Counted from the stretch's first letter, positions 38,001 to 46,942 are shown. The stretch: DNA of 64,000 bases from an uncultured Verrucomicrobia subdivision 3 bacterium (GCA_903944085.1 CAJAQO010000038.1:4787-68786), one strand, 5' to 3'. Notes: generated from the sequence alone by a model not told the origin. Numbers and translations: made by a program.

Positions 38001-40414
38001 ATGCATATGTGTCCGGAGCGGCGCTGCGCATCAACGGTCCGATCACCGGGGTTGGCGGGCCGGAGTTTTTCGGGGCCGGCGTTCACTATTACGACGGCGG
38101 CAATGCCAACACCTATGCGGGCACGACCACGGTTGACGCCGGCACGACGTTGTTGTTGAACAAAAGTGGGTTCGACGTTGCGGTTCCGACCAATCTGGTG
38201 GTCAACGGCACGGTGCGCCTGCTCATCGTCAACCAAATCGCCAACACCTCCGATGTGACGGTCAATGCCGGCGGACTCTTGGACATTGCGGCGGCCTATG
38301 AAGGCATTGACACCTTGAGCGGCGCCGGCAATGTGAGTTTGAGCGGCGGCTACCTGGTGCTTGGCTACGGCAACGGCTCATCCACGTTCGGCGGCCTCAT
38401 TAGCGGTGCCAACGCCCTGGATAAACAAGGCACGGGCACGATTACTTTGACCGGTGCGAATACTTACTCCGGCAACACTATTATCTATACGGGAGCCCTG
38501 CTGGTGAATGGTTCGCAACCGCAAAGCCCGGTGACCGTGTATTCCGGTGCCACGCTGGGCGGCTCTGGCATGGTCGGCACTATCGCCGCCAGCGGCATTG
38601 TTTCTCCCGGAACCGGGAGCGGTCCGGGCATTCTCACCAGCAGTAACGTGACCTTCTCTTCGTCCGGCAACTTTGCCGTGCAGCTTACGGGACCAGCGCC
38701 GGGCAGCGGTTATGACCAGTTGAACATCAACGGCACGAACATTCTGGCCAATGCCACGCTGACAGTGGTGCCCGCCTTCACCACCCCGGTCGCTCCCGGC
38801 CAGCAGTTCGTCATCATCAACAATAACGAAACATCGGCCAACAGCGGCACTTTCAACGGGTTGGCGGAGGGCGCGACCATCAGCGTCGGCGGTTACAGTT
38901 TTCTCATAAGTTATGTCGGCGGCAACGGCAACGATGTGGTGTTGACCTTGGTGTCCGTGCCCGGTGGAGTGGCTGGTGCCACCGTCACGGCCGGCGATGG
39001 CAGCCACGGCATTGATCCCAACGGATGCAACAATCTTGGCTTGGCGGTTACCAACATGGTCGGCATCGCGATGACGGGAGTTAGCGCGACGCTTTCGACC
39101 ACCACTGAAGGTGTGCTGATTACCCAGCCCTACGCGACGTATGTGAACATTCCCGTCAACGGCAGTGGCACCAATCTCACGCCATTCCAGATCTCCACGC
39201 TGCCCAGTTTTACCTGCGGCACCAGCATCAATCTTCAATTGAGCGTGAATTCCAGTCTCGGTGCGTTCACGATAAATTATGTGTTGAACACTGGCGAAGC
39301 GGCAGCGCCGACGCGGTTTGACAACAACATTGCTACCAATGTGCCGGACGTGGGCACCATTGAATCCACCAATCTGGTTGCCAGTTGGTCCGGCGGTCTG
39401 CTCACCAAGGTCACGGTGTCCTTGTGGCTGGGGGCTCCGATTGATTCCGACTTAAGTTTGGCGTTGATTGCTCCCGATGGCACCACGGTGCCATTGTCCA
39501 CCGGCAACGGTGTCGGTGCTAACTTTGGCACTGGTGGTGCCGACGCCAGTCGCACGACGTTTGACGATTCAGCGGCCACTGCCATCACGGCCGGATCGCC
39601 GCCGTTCGTAGGCAGTTTCCGGCCGCAGTCGCCACTGTCCGCCCTGATTGGCAAGCCGGCGACGGGTGCCTGGGGTTTGCGCATTCAAGACAGCGGATTT
39701 TATGGGGCTCCGGACACGTTGCGCGCCTGGTCGTTGTTCCTCTCCGGCACAGGCTGTGCCACCGGCAGCGGATCCTGCGACTACTGCCTGACTTCGATCG
39801 CCGGCACGATCAACACCAATGGGCTGGCCATGACGAATCGCATTTCAAGAAATCTGGTTGTGACCAGTTGTGGTTCGCCAAAGGTCTGGCCGGGATTTGT
39901 CAATGGAGCCTACCACTATAACCTATACAGCTTCACCAACACGACGGCATCCGAGGCTTGCGTCAGCGTTCTGCTGACCAGCGCCAGTGACGTGCAGGCG
40001 GGCGTCTATCTCTACGCCTTCGACCCGGCCAACATCACGAACAATTATGCCGCCGATTCCGGCAGCAGCACTTCCGGCGGCGCGCAAAGTTGTTCGGCCA
40101 GCATTCCTCCGGGCGCGACATTATTTGTAACCGTAAACGAGATCAGCACCGGTGGTGGCGGCAGTTACACCCTCCAATTGAGCGGTCTGCCGTGTCCGCC
40201 GCCGACCTTGAACATTCAATCGGTGGCACCGAACAAGACCCGGGTTTATTGGGACACCTCGGCCGGTGGTTATCTGTTGGAAGGCGATTCCAACCTGATG
40301 CTCAACGCCTGGGGCACGATTACCAACGAACCCATTGTCAATGGCGGCAACTACAACATTACCAATACTTCCGTGTTGCCCAACAACCGGTTCTATCGCC
40401 TGCACAAGCCTTGA
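35093..40414 (+). CDS. giant secreted protein: autotransporter-associated beta-strand repeats + proprotein-convertase P-domain + PPC-like domain + C-terminal RFYRL domain
   Basis: Long signal/anchor region, then W.GGGG.N..W....NW and many G.GTL.L.G.N.Y.G.T repeats. The P-domain is recognisable from V.V.L...H....DL...L..P.GT...L and G.W.L.I.D......G.L..W.L. The protein ends in NRFYRLHKP. Confidence 0.9.
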   Translation: MNQKIDGLIVPVSRVISGAGIGHCRRWAALSAVVVAAMLAVISSPAAVWSWSGGGGANAYWNNSANWGFAGIPANGDTVIFPASQPNLLNTNNLVGLTLNQVRFVGAGGGYDLRGNAFTLTNGIVATNTAGANTIENSITLATATALIIVSNGISLTLDGNLAGSVGVTKAGLGTLLYQCVGDNTYAGTTLITGGTLQLNVSGPEAFGGPLVIGDGSGAGSPTVQNLRSEEIIESVPITINLNGTLNLATWTETIGTSLTLSGGVISGTGTLSLSANSTITLNNGYSDYIYCNLINGSGTLTLQGNGYLYVEGNVSGSAAIVQTNVSTIWYGANTFVGNYTANGVGFLDLVGSQVLGNPTNTLTLNGQTYILIYGQVNLTNQALILNSTNSSYQLYVYGASINSTWQANVTNNSGFSVDVTAANALNLIGPISGAGGLTNLDTGTLTLSGPTANTFAGATTVSGGTLQLGKAYATVAVPGPLVIGSGSTVRLLNGFQINNGADPLTMSDSSLLNLNGFGEWVGPVTLQGAQITGGDFYFSGNITVNPSTVASSVISGTATIWNNVVTITNTGHNLAPDLLISANINNGGSTNGLIKAGNGSVSLAGNNTFTGPVTISGGNLWVPTSAALGNTNTPLTINSGGCLYVDGGTLDFGLKPLVLNGAGSFNEPGAINSISGSSSWEGSVTLASDTTLYQNAGTLLTLSGSVSGPASLIKSGPGTNTLAGAGSNPYAGTTYVTDGTLNLSKVGYSIGDGTLTIGDGTGNAGSAVVREFSNLQIDDVSVIINSDGLLDLNGHSDSIGTTVTLNGGANIQNTSAGTLTLLNGSTLAALAGSSTVSGNLNVGATNTTCILTNPSGSALTMNASVSGSATILITGGGNTFFNASNSYAGPTLVQQGWLFAGNNFALGSTASGTMVSSGASLVLQNSIGITNEALTLNGPGEPTWGALDVESGTNSWAGPITLNANSTLDAYVSGAALRINGPITGVGGPEFFGAGVHYYDGGNANTYAGTTTVDAGTTLLLNKSGFDVAVPTNLVVNGTVRLLIVNQIANTSDVTVNAGGLLDIAAAYEGIDTLSGAGNVSLSGGYLVLGYGNGSSTFGGLISGANALDKQGTGTITLTGANTYSGNTIIYTGALLVNGSQPQSPVTVYSGATLGGSGMVGTIAASGIVSPGTGSGPGILTSSNVTFSSSGNFAVQLTGPAPGSGYDQLNINGTNILANATLTVVPAFTTPVAPGQQFVIINNNETSANSGTFNGLAEGATISVGGYSFLISYVGGNGNDVVLTLVSVPGGVAGATVTAGDGSHGIDPNGCNNLGLAVTNMVGIAMTGVSATLSTTTEGVLITQPYATYVNIPVNGSGTNLTPFQISTLPSFTCGTSINLQLSVNSSLGAFTINYVLNTGEAAAPTRFDNNIATNVPDVGTIESTNLVASWSGGLLTKVTVSLWLGAPIDSDLSLALIAPDGTTVPLSTGNGVGANFGTGGADASRTTFDDSAATAITAGSPPFVGSFRPQSPLSALIGKPATGAWGLRIQDSGFYGAPDTLRAWSLFLSGTGCATGSGSCDYCLTSIAGTINTNGLAMTNRISRNLVVTSCGSPKVWPGFVNGAYHYNLYSFTNTTASEACVSVLLTSASDVQAGVYLYAFDPANITNNYAADSGSSTSGGAQSCSASIPPGATLFVTVNEISTGGGGSYTLQLSGLPCPPPTLNIQSVAPNKTRVYWDTSAGGYLLEGDSNLMLNAWGTITNEPIVNGGNYNITNTSVLPNNRFYRLHKP

Positions 40415-40439
40415 GCGCGGGCTGAACCAAAATTCAAAA

Positions 40440-40471
40440 CGCCCCGTTCAGGCTTTGGCGTGAACGGGGCG
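40440..40471 (+). terminator. hairpin terminator downstream of the giant gene
   Basis: CGCCCCGTTCA-ggctttggcg-TGAACGGGGCG. The T-tract that follows is weak (CTGCTTTGC). Confidence 0.5.
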
Positions 40472-40510
40472 CTGCTTTGCGGCGGGAATTGTTGGCGGCA
40501 GTGGCTTGAT

Positions 40511-40595
40511 TTGGAGTGGGCGGACATGTCCGCGCTTTGGAACTGGGAGACATGTCTCCCGGTCGGAAAGCGGCGATGTGTCGCCGCACTCCAAA
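40511..40595. repeat. repeat family C, copy 2
   Basis: TTTGGAGTGGGCGGACATGTCCGCGCTTTGGAACTGGGAGACATGTCTCCCGGTCGGAAAGCGGCGATGTGTCGCCGCACTCCAAA. It has terminal inverted ends and three internal hairpins. Confidence 0.7.
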
Positions 40596-40635
40596 TTATG
40601 GCACTCCCTGGTTGGCTGTGCGTTTGGAAAAACTA

Positions 40636-41256
40636 TTAAACTTCAGTCAGGTCCACGAAGTTCTTCAGCAGTTGCAGCCCGACTTTCTGGCTTTTTTCCG
40701 GGTGAAATTGCGTGGCGAAAACATTGTCGCGCCAGACGGATGATGCGAACGCATCGCCATAATCCGTGCGCGTGGCGACGATGCCTGGCTCCATCGGCTG
40801 CGGATAAAAACTGTGGACGAAATAAACATAGCTGCCGCTGGCGATGCCGCGATATAACGGACAATCCGGCCGCACAATTTCGAGCTGGTTCCAGCCGATC
40901 TGCGGAATTTTCAAGCCGTGCCTGGCGGAGAAGCGGACCACTTTGCCGGCAAAAACGCCCAGCCCCGCGGCGCAGGAATTGAATTCCTCGCTCTTTTCAA
41001 ACAAGGCCTGATAGCCGACACAGATGCCGAGAAACGGTTTGCCGGTCTGGATGAAATTTTTCGCCGCCTCCAGCAATTCCTGTTTGCGCAGCGCGTTGAT
41101 GCAGTCGTCAAAAGCGCCGACGCCGGGCAGCACCAAGCCGCGCGCGTCGCCGATTTCACCGGGCCGCTGCACGAGGCGCACATTTGCGCCGACCTTGAGC
41201 AGCGATTTGTGGACGCTGCGCAGGTTGCCGGAGCCGTAGTCGAGTAAGGCGATCAC
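40636..41256 (-). CDS. hisH: imidazole glycerol phosphate synthase, glutaminase subunit
   Basis: DYGSGNLRSV, PGVGAF, GICVGYQ and FATQFHPEKS. Confidence 0.95.
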   Translation of the reverse strand: MIALLDYGSGNLRSVHKSLLKVGANVRLVQRPGEIGDARGLVLPGVGAFDDCINALRKQELLEAAKNFIQTGKPFLGICVGYQALFEKSEEFNSCAAGLGVFAGKVVRFSARHGLKIPQIGWNQLEIVRPDCPLYRGIASGSYVYFVHSFYPQPMEPGIVATRTDYGDAFASSVWRDNVFATQFHPEKSQKVGLQLLKNFVDLTEV

Positions 41257-41304
41257 GCGGCTATTTTAGCCACAGTTGAAACCCAGATGAAACACAGATT
41301 TTAA

Positions 41305-42210
41305 TCAGGCGGGCAGGGGAACTTTGCGGACCCGCGCGGCGAAATCGTCAATCTCTCCCACCGATTCGAAGCCGACGTTGAGAATGTGAACGCAGCCGAG
41401 GCCAAGCACGAATTTCACCGATTCATCCCGGCGCGCATCGTCGTTGCGCAAACGGCCTTCGCCAATGAGCTTCATGCCGATGACGCCCTTGCCGGCGGTG
41501 TGCAGTTTTTTCAAGACCGGCACCACGGTGTCCGGCGGGCCGTCCATGCTCATGCCATAGGGATTGATGCGCGTGTGGACGGAATCCACCCACGGCTCCG
41601 TTGCGGCGGCTTCGAGCGCGGCGAGCGAATGACACGAGACGCCGAGCGCGCGGATTTTGCCCTCCGACTTGAGCTTGGCCAAAATGTCCATCTGCTTGCG
41701 CAATTGCTCCGGCCAGTCCGGCGCCGTGACGCAATGCAGCAGCAGCAAATCAATGTGGTCGGTTTTCAATTCTTTCAGGAAGCGCGCCACCACCACATCG
41801 GCGTCGGGGCGTTCCGGTTCGGGAATGCCGCCGCCGCTCCACCAGATTTTCGAGATGAGGTTGTAATTGTCGCGCGGCAATCCGGCGAGCGCCGCCGCCA
41901 CGCCTTGATGCGACCCGTAAAGATCCGCCATGTCGTAAGTCCGGATGCCGCGGTCATAGGCATCGCGCACCAGTTTTTGGAAAGCGTCGGGACCCTTGCG
42001 CGTCTGGTTGGATTGGCGGTTGCCGCCGCGCATGCCGGTGCCCATGCACACGCGGGAAAATTTCAAATCCGTCTTGCCGAGCGGCACCATGGCAAAAGGA
42101 TCATGAAATTTGGCGTCAGGATTTTCCGCCGCGCGCAACTGCGCGCCCAACAGCAGGCCGCCCGCGCCGATGGCGGATTTTTTGAGAAACTCGCGTCGTT
42201 TGATGTTCAT
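41305..42210 (-). CDS. aldo/keto reductase with a twin-arginine (Tat) signal peptide
   Basis: MNIKRREFLKKSAIGAGGLLLGA is Tat-like. AKR motifs are present (D.ADLYG, LLLH, GVS). Confidence 0.85.
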   Translation of the reverse strand: MNIKRREFLKKSAIGAGGLLLGAQLRAAENPDAKFHDPFAMVPLGKTDLKFSRVCMGTGMRGGNRQSNQTRKGPDAFQKLVRDAYDRGIRTYDMADLYGSHQGVAAALAGLPRDNYNLISKIWWSGGGIPEPERPDADVVVARFLKELKTDHIDLLLLHCVTAPDWPEQLRKQMDILAKLKSEGKIRALGVSCHSLAALEAAATEPWVDSVHTRINPYGMSMDGPPDTVVPVLKKLHTAGKGVIGMKLIGEGRLRNDDARRDESVKFVLGLGCVHILNVGFESVGEIDDFAARVRKVPLPA

Positions 42211-42233
42211 GCATTTTTCCTTTCAAAAATTTT

Positions 42234-43382
42234 TCACGCGCCCGCCAGCTCGCGTTCCGTTTTCAACCGCAACTGCCCGCAGGCGGCGTCAATATCGCCG
42301 CCTTTTTCGCGGCGGAGCGTGGCGGTGACATCGTTCTTTTCCAGCGCGGCGAGAAAACGCTCGCAGACTTCGTCCGCCGGCCGCACCCACGGCAAGTCTT
42401 CCACTTTGTTGTAAGGAATCAAGTTCACCTTGGCATAAAGTTTTTTTGCCAGCGTGGCGAGCGGTCGCGTCTGTTCCAACGAATCATTGATGCCCGCGAT
42501 CAAAATGTATTCCAGCGTGATCATCCGGCCTTTGAGCTTTTGGTAATCCTCGCACGCGGCGGTGAGCTCCGCGAGCGGATATTTTTTGTTGACCGGCATG
42601 ATGCGGTTGCGCACGGCGTCGGTGGCCCCGTGCAGCGAAATGGCGAGGCGAAACTGCATCGGCTCGACGGCGAGCTTGCGGATTTGCGGCGCGAGGCCGC
42701 TGGTGGAAATCGTGATTTTTCGCGCCCCGATGCCGCCGCCCCACGGCGCGTTCAGGATTTTCAGCGCCTTGATTAAATTGTCGTAATTCGCCAGCGGTTC
42801 GCCCATGCCCATGACGACGAGATTGTCCACCAAACGAGTTTTCAGTTTCGAGTTTTCAGTTTTCAGTCCGCCCGCATCTTCCGTCTGAACCGTTGAAACT
42901 GAACACTTCAAACTCGCCGTTGCATGCCACCGCTCCACCGCCGAGATTTGCTCCACGATTTCATGCACGCCGAGATTGCGCTTCCAGCCGTCCAGCCCGC
43001 TGGCGCAGAATTTGCAACCGTAGGCGCAGCCGACCTGCGTGGAGATGCAAAGCGTGTGCCGGTCGCTCGCCTCGCCATAAAGCGCCGGGTTGGCGGGAAT
43101 CAAAACGCTTTCGATGAACTGGCCGTCCGCCAGCTTCCAGAGAAATTTCTGCGTCGTGTCTTCCGCGCCCTGTTTGCGGGCGAGTTCGAGGGTCTGGAGC
43201 GAAAACTGCGCGCGCAATTTTTCGCGCAGCGCTTTTGGCAGATTCGTCATCGCGTCCCAACTTGCGGCGCGGCGGACGTAAAGCCAGTCCAGCAGTTGCG
43301 CGACGCGATACGCTGGTTCGCCCAATGATTTAAATTGCGCTTCCAGTTCTTCGCGGTTCAGGGATTTGATGTCAGGCGGCAC
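42234..43382 (-). CDS. rlmN: 23S rRNA/tRNA (adenine2503-C2)-methyltransferase RlmN
   Basis: Radical-SAM motif CISTQVGCAYGCKFCASG, then MGMGEPLANYDN, and GGDIDAACGQL. Confidence 0.95.
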   Translation of the reverse strand: MPPDIKSLNREELEAQFKSLGEPAYRVAQLLDWLYVRRAASWDAMTNLPKALREKLRAQFSLQTLELARKQGAEDTTQKFLWKLADGQFIESVLIPANPALYGEASDRHTLCISTQVGCAYGCKFCASGLDGWKRNLGVHEIVEQISAVERWHATASLKCSVSTVQTEDAGGLKTENSKLKTRLVDNLVVMGMGEPLANYDNLIKALKILNAPWGGGIGARKITISTSGLAPQIRKLAVEPMQFRLAISLHGATDAVRNRIMPVNKKYPLAELTAACEDYQKLKGRMITLEYILIAGINDSLEQTRPLATLAKKLYAKVNLIPYNKVEDLPWVRPADEVCERFLAALEKNDVTATLRREKGGDIDAACGQLRLKTERELAGA

Positions 43383-43420
43383 ACCGAAACTTTAGCTGTG
43401 ATCGGGCAACGCAGAAACAT

Positions 43421-44272
43421 TTAATTATCCGAGAGCTGCTTCATCGCATTCTGGACACGCTGATAATCGGGCATTTCTTCGGGCGGCACTGACAAGTCAA
43501 CCTCGCGACCTGACTTGGGATACACCCATTTCCAATGTTCGACATGGCCCTCGGCGAAGGCGACATTTGCTCCCCGACTGTGTCGGTCGGATGGCAAATC
43601 CCACCAAACATTCTCCCCAAAAATTCCACCGACGGGCGGATTCCCGAATTCCGCATCTTGAATCGTATCCGCGCTCTCATCAATGAAAACAAAAAGCTCG
43701 CCGGGAATCGGATGCCGGACTTCCGTAATCTTCGTCCAAGCTGGGATGTATGGAAAATATTCGGGATCACCCTGCGGATAGCCGTTGATAGACTGGCTTA
43801 AATTGTAACTTCGCCAGCGCAATTGTGGCAGAGCCTCGCCTTCAGGCGTTTGCAATGTGGACTGGTCCGCCGGGCAATGATAAATAGGGATTGACTTGTT
43901 GTATTGATACAACAGGCCATTGACAATATTCGAAGGGTCAATTTCGGTCGATGCATCAGAGTCCGGGAGCCAGGACGATCCAGAAAGCGAGGCCCAAACC
44001 GGGCCATTTGTCGTCATGGTGAAAACGGCCACGGAATTATTGGGCACAAAATGATCAGTGTTATCCAAGATATACAAATGATGGCACACATTGAGCTGTT
44101 TGAGGTTGTTTTGACAGGCGGTGTTTCTCGCCGTGGCCTTGGCCTTGCTCAATGCCGGCAGCAGCAGCGCGGCCAGAATCGCGATGATGGCGATGACCAC
44201 GAGCAGTTCAATCAGCGTGAAGCCGGCAACCCCGTTTCGTCGCCGGTCTGCGTTGGTTGCGGGATGAAACAT
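43421..44272 (-). CDS. prepilin-type N-terminal cleavage/methylation protein, DUF1559 / H-X9-DG-like
   Basis: [29 protein letters not shown] near the N-terminus. C-terminal [14 protein letters not shown] matches H-X9-(D/E)G. I chose the start at MFHPATN; the track ORF extends to 44314. Confidence 0.8.
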   Translation of the reverse strand: MFHPATNADRRRNGVAGFTLIELLVVIAIIAILAALLLPALSKAKATARNTACQNNLKQLNVCHHLYILDNTDHFVPNNSVAVFTMTTNGPVWASLSGSSWLPDSDASTEIDPSNIVNGLLYQYNKSIPIYHCPADQSTLQTPEGEALPQLRWRSYNLSQSINGYPQGDPEYFPYIPAWTKITEVRHPIPGELFVFIDESADTIQDAEFGNPPVGGIFGENVWWDLPSDRHSRGANVAFAEGHVEHWKWVYPKSGREVDLSVPPEEMPDYQRVQNAMKQLSDN

Positions 44273-44321
44273 GGCGGATTGAATCCAAATTAGGCCAACC
44301 CGCCGCATTCGCAACTGAAAT

Positions 44322-45329
44322 CTAATTGACGAGCAACTCTAATTCGCGCTGGCCCTTGTCCGTCAGTTGCCAGTGGCTGCCGCGCTGCACCACCAGCTTG
44401 CGGCAGGGATGCGCGTGATACTCCGTTTCGTTCACGGAGAGCAGTTGGAATTTTCCAGATCCTTTGATTTCCGAGGCGGCGCGCGGCAGCAGCGCGAAGG
44501 CGACTCCGTTGTAATTCAGCGCCACTTCGTAGCCGGCCACGCCTTCTTTTTCGGCGCGCGGGTTTTTCAGCACGAGCGGCGCGTATCGTTTCAAATACGG
44601 AAAACTCGTCGCCCGCACCAGCACGCGGCACAGTTCGGTCTGGCTGCGCACGAAATTCAACAGGCTGAATTTCCCGCCGCGCTCGCCCAGCAAAATGTCG
44701 CGCGGATCCAGGCCGTTCAGATTCTGCCCGTTCCAAATGCCGTGGTCGTTGCGTTCGCCGGTGAAATATTTTTTATACCAGGTCCCGAAATTTTCGTTCA
44801 CGAACAGGTTCAGTTCAAAATGGCAGTGCGCGCGGTCTTTGGTGATGCGTTCGCCGGTGTTGGACGTGTGGCCCAGCGTGGCGATGGCTTCGCCGGCCTT
44901 TACGGTTTTGCCGGTGGCAATGCCCGGTTGAATTTCACTCAAGTGTGCGTAGAGCGAATAAATTTCCAGTCCTTCCACCAGGTGCCGGATGACAATGTAT
45001 TTGCCGTAGTTCGACAACGCCGCCTTGGTGCTGACATAAACCACCGTGCCGTCGGCGGTGGCCAGCACCGGATCGGTCGGTTCGCCGTGCCGGTCGGTGT
45101 GCTGATGGAGGATGTCCAGGCCCTCGTGCATCTGCCAGCCGTCGGAGCGCACGCAGCCAAAGCTGCCGCTGGTCCACGGTTTGTCGGGCGCGGTGAGCGC
45201 AAAAAATTTCAGTTCCTGGCCCGGCTCGTAAAGCGCGTGATTCGCCGTGGGAAACTGGAACGGGGACTGGGCTCGCGCGTTGCCGGTGATTGCCGCCAAC
45301 GCGGCCACGCTCGTAAGCAGAATTCTCAT
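44322..45329 (-). CDS. M23 (LytM-type) metallopeptidase, secreted
   Basis: Signal peptide, then HEGLDI, Y.HLS, and GHTSNTG......HCHFEL. Confidence 0.85.
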   Translation of the reverse strand: MRILLTSVAALAAITGNARAQSPFQFPTANHALYEPGQELKFFALTAPDKPWTSGSFGCVRSDGWQMHEGLDILHQHTDRHGEPTDPVLATADGTVVYVSTKAALSNYGKYIVIRHLVEGLEIYSLYAHLSEIQPGIATGKTVKAGEAIATLGHTSNTGERITKDRAHCHFELNLFVNENFGTWYKKYFTGERNDHGIWNGQNLNGLDPRDILLGERGGKFSLLNFVRSQTELCRVLVRATSFPYLKRYAPLVLKNPRAEKEGVAGYEVALNYNGVAFALLPRAASEIKGSGKFQLLSVNETEYHAHPCRKLVVQRGSHWQLTDKGQRELELLVN

Positions 45330-45859
45330 TGTTTCATGTTGTCGGCGGCGGTTTTTTTGGCGTTGTCATTCAGTCCCTTCACCAACTGTTCCGCTTCCTC
45401 GCGCGAGGCGTCGGGCGTGAAGATCAGCGCGCCGCCAGCCATGCGCCGGTTGATCAGGGGAGCCGCCAGCCAGCGCCCTTTCGCCAGCTTGTCGCCCCAC
45501 TGGCCGAAAATGACGAAGTGCTTGCCCGGGTTCGTCGCCGAGAATTGTTCCAGCGTCCAGCTCCCAGGCTGGTCGAACTTCAATTCCACCGCAAATCCAT
45601 CCGGTGCCGTGAGCAGCGAGGCTGCGACAATGTTTGCCTCGGTCAAAATCGGCTCGTTGGCGATGGTCACCATCACCGGTTCCGACCGGATCACCGGAAT
45701 GGTTTCGCTCGTGCCGGCCACGCTGGCGGGACTTTCAATGTGGACGCGCAAAGCCGCCATCTGTTTGTCCTTTTTCTTGAAGCTGGCGCACCCCGCCGCC
45801 AGCACCAGCCCCGCCATCAGCAATAAATAAAGATTGAATCGTCGCGTGTAAAAATTCAT
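45326..45859 (-). CDS. hypothetical lipoprotein
   Basis: MNFYTRRFNLYLLLMAGLVLAAGC is a lipobox-type signal. A 4-nt overlap couples it to the M23 gene. The longer track ORF (to 45940) would overlap the divergent sORF. Confidence 0.55.
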   Translation of the reverse strand: MNFYTRRFNLYLLLMAGLVLAAGCASFKKKDKQMAALRVHIESPASVAGTSETIPVIRSEPVMVTIANEPILTEANIVAASLLTAPDGFAVELKFDQPGSWTLEQFSATNPGKHFVIFGQWGDKLAKGRWLAAPLINRRMAGGALIFTPDASREEAEQLVKGLNDNAKKTAADNMKQ

Positions 45860-45904
45860 AGTGCGCACACGAAATCGCAACTCGCGAACAAAGTAAAGAA
45901 ACAT

Positions 45905-46009
45905 ATGGGCCGACAATACAACAAAACCGAACACAAACAACGCCGCAAGGCCTACCTCAAACGCAAAAAAGCCGTCATCAAGACCAAAAAGGCCGCTGCG
46001 AAAAAGTAG
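45905..46009 (+). CDS. 34-aa lysine-rich small protein (candidate, below the ORF-track cutoff)
   Basis: ATG at 45905 gives MGRQYNKTEHKQRRKAYLKRKKAVIKTKKAAAKK, with TAG at 46007-46009. A strong terminator follows 20 nt later. A possible promoter is TTGAAT-N17-CATAGT at 45834-45862. Confidence 0.4.
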   Translation: MGRQYNKTEHKQRRKAYLKRKKAVIKTKKAAAKK

Positions 46010-46028
46010 TCACCGCGCAACTCCAACG

Positions 46029-46057
46029 GGCCGTCCAAACGGACGGCCTTTTTATTT
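46029..46057 (+). terminator. rho-independent terminator after the 34-codon ORF
   Basis: GGCCGTCC-aaac-GGACGGCC followed by TTTTTATTT. Confidence 0.75.
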
Positions 46058-46121
46058 CAGGTGCGGAGCCAGCCAAGGCAGCGCCGCCGCCATGCATTGT
46101 TGCCGCGCGCCCGTTAAAAAT

Positions 46122-46859
46122 TCAAACCCGCCGCAGCGCGCCATCCGTGCCCATTTCAGCGACGATCTTGAAAATATCGCGCTGCGAACAAAACGCCACG
46201 TCTGCGCGCAGTTCGGGGATGGCCAGCAGCCGGCGCGCGTTTTTTGAACCGGCGATCACCGCCGTCAGATCATTTTTCGCGGCGAGAAAAGTGCGGCTGG
46301 CAATTTCCGTGGCGTCCGAAAATTCGCCACCGAGCAAGCCGGCCAGCGCCCCGGCGGCCAGCACGTCTTCCAACGCCACGCCCTCGCCCGTGCCGGCGCA
46401 TACGAGCAAAACTTCCGCCGGCCGCGCCGCGTTCAAAAATTTCGCCGTCGCCGCCAGATTCAGGAACGAGGCTGCCAAAATGATTTTCGCGCCGGCGACG
46501 GCCCGCAGGGCGCGGGTGCCGTTGGTGGTGGTGCTGACGATGGTTTGGCCGCGCACGGTTTCCGGGCGGAACTCGCGCGGGGAATTGCCGAAATCAAAAT
46601 CCAGTCCGCCGGATTGCGCCGCGCGAATTTTCACGCCGTTGCGTTCGCCGGCGAGCCGCCCGTCCGGCATTTTTTTTCTGAACGCGACGGCCTCGGCGAT
46701 GTCCCCGGCCGGGATGACCGCCGCCGCGCCATTTTGCAGCGCGGTGACGAACGTGCTGGTCGCGCGCAGGATGTCGAACACCACGCACGCCGTGCCGCGC
46801 AAATCGCGGTGGCCGAGCGCGGGCAGTTCGGCCGGTGTCAGGAGGGTGTCAATGTTCAT
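46122..46859 (-). CDS. comB: 2-phosphosulfolactate phosphatase (ComB) family protein
   Basis: VVFDILRATST and the overall ComB-family layout. Confidence 0.8.
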   Translation of the reverse strand: MNIDTLLTPAELPALGHRDLRGTACVVFDILRATSTFVTALQNGAAAVIPAGDIAEAVAFRKKMPDGRLAGERNGVKIRAAQSGGLDFDFGNSPREFRPETVRGQTIVSTTTNGTRALRAVAGAKIILAASFLNLAATAKFLNAARPAEVLLVCAGTGEGVALEDVLAAGALAGLLGGEFSDATEIASRTFLAAKNDLTAVIAGSKNARRLLAIPELRADVAFCSQRDIFKIVAEMGTDGALRRV

Positions 46860-46942
46860 GGTGTCGCGCGCAGGCGGCGGTGGCGGCCAAAGGAAATCAA
46901 GCTTTCAACTTATCAAACGGTTAAACCATTTGCCGCGCCGGT

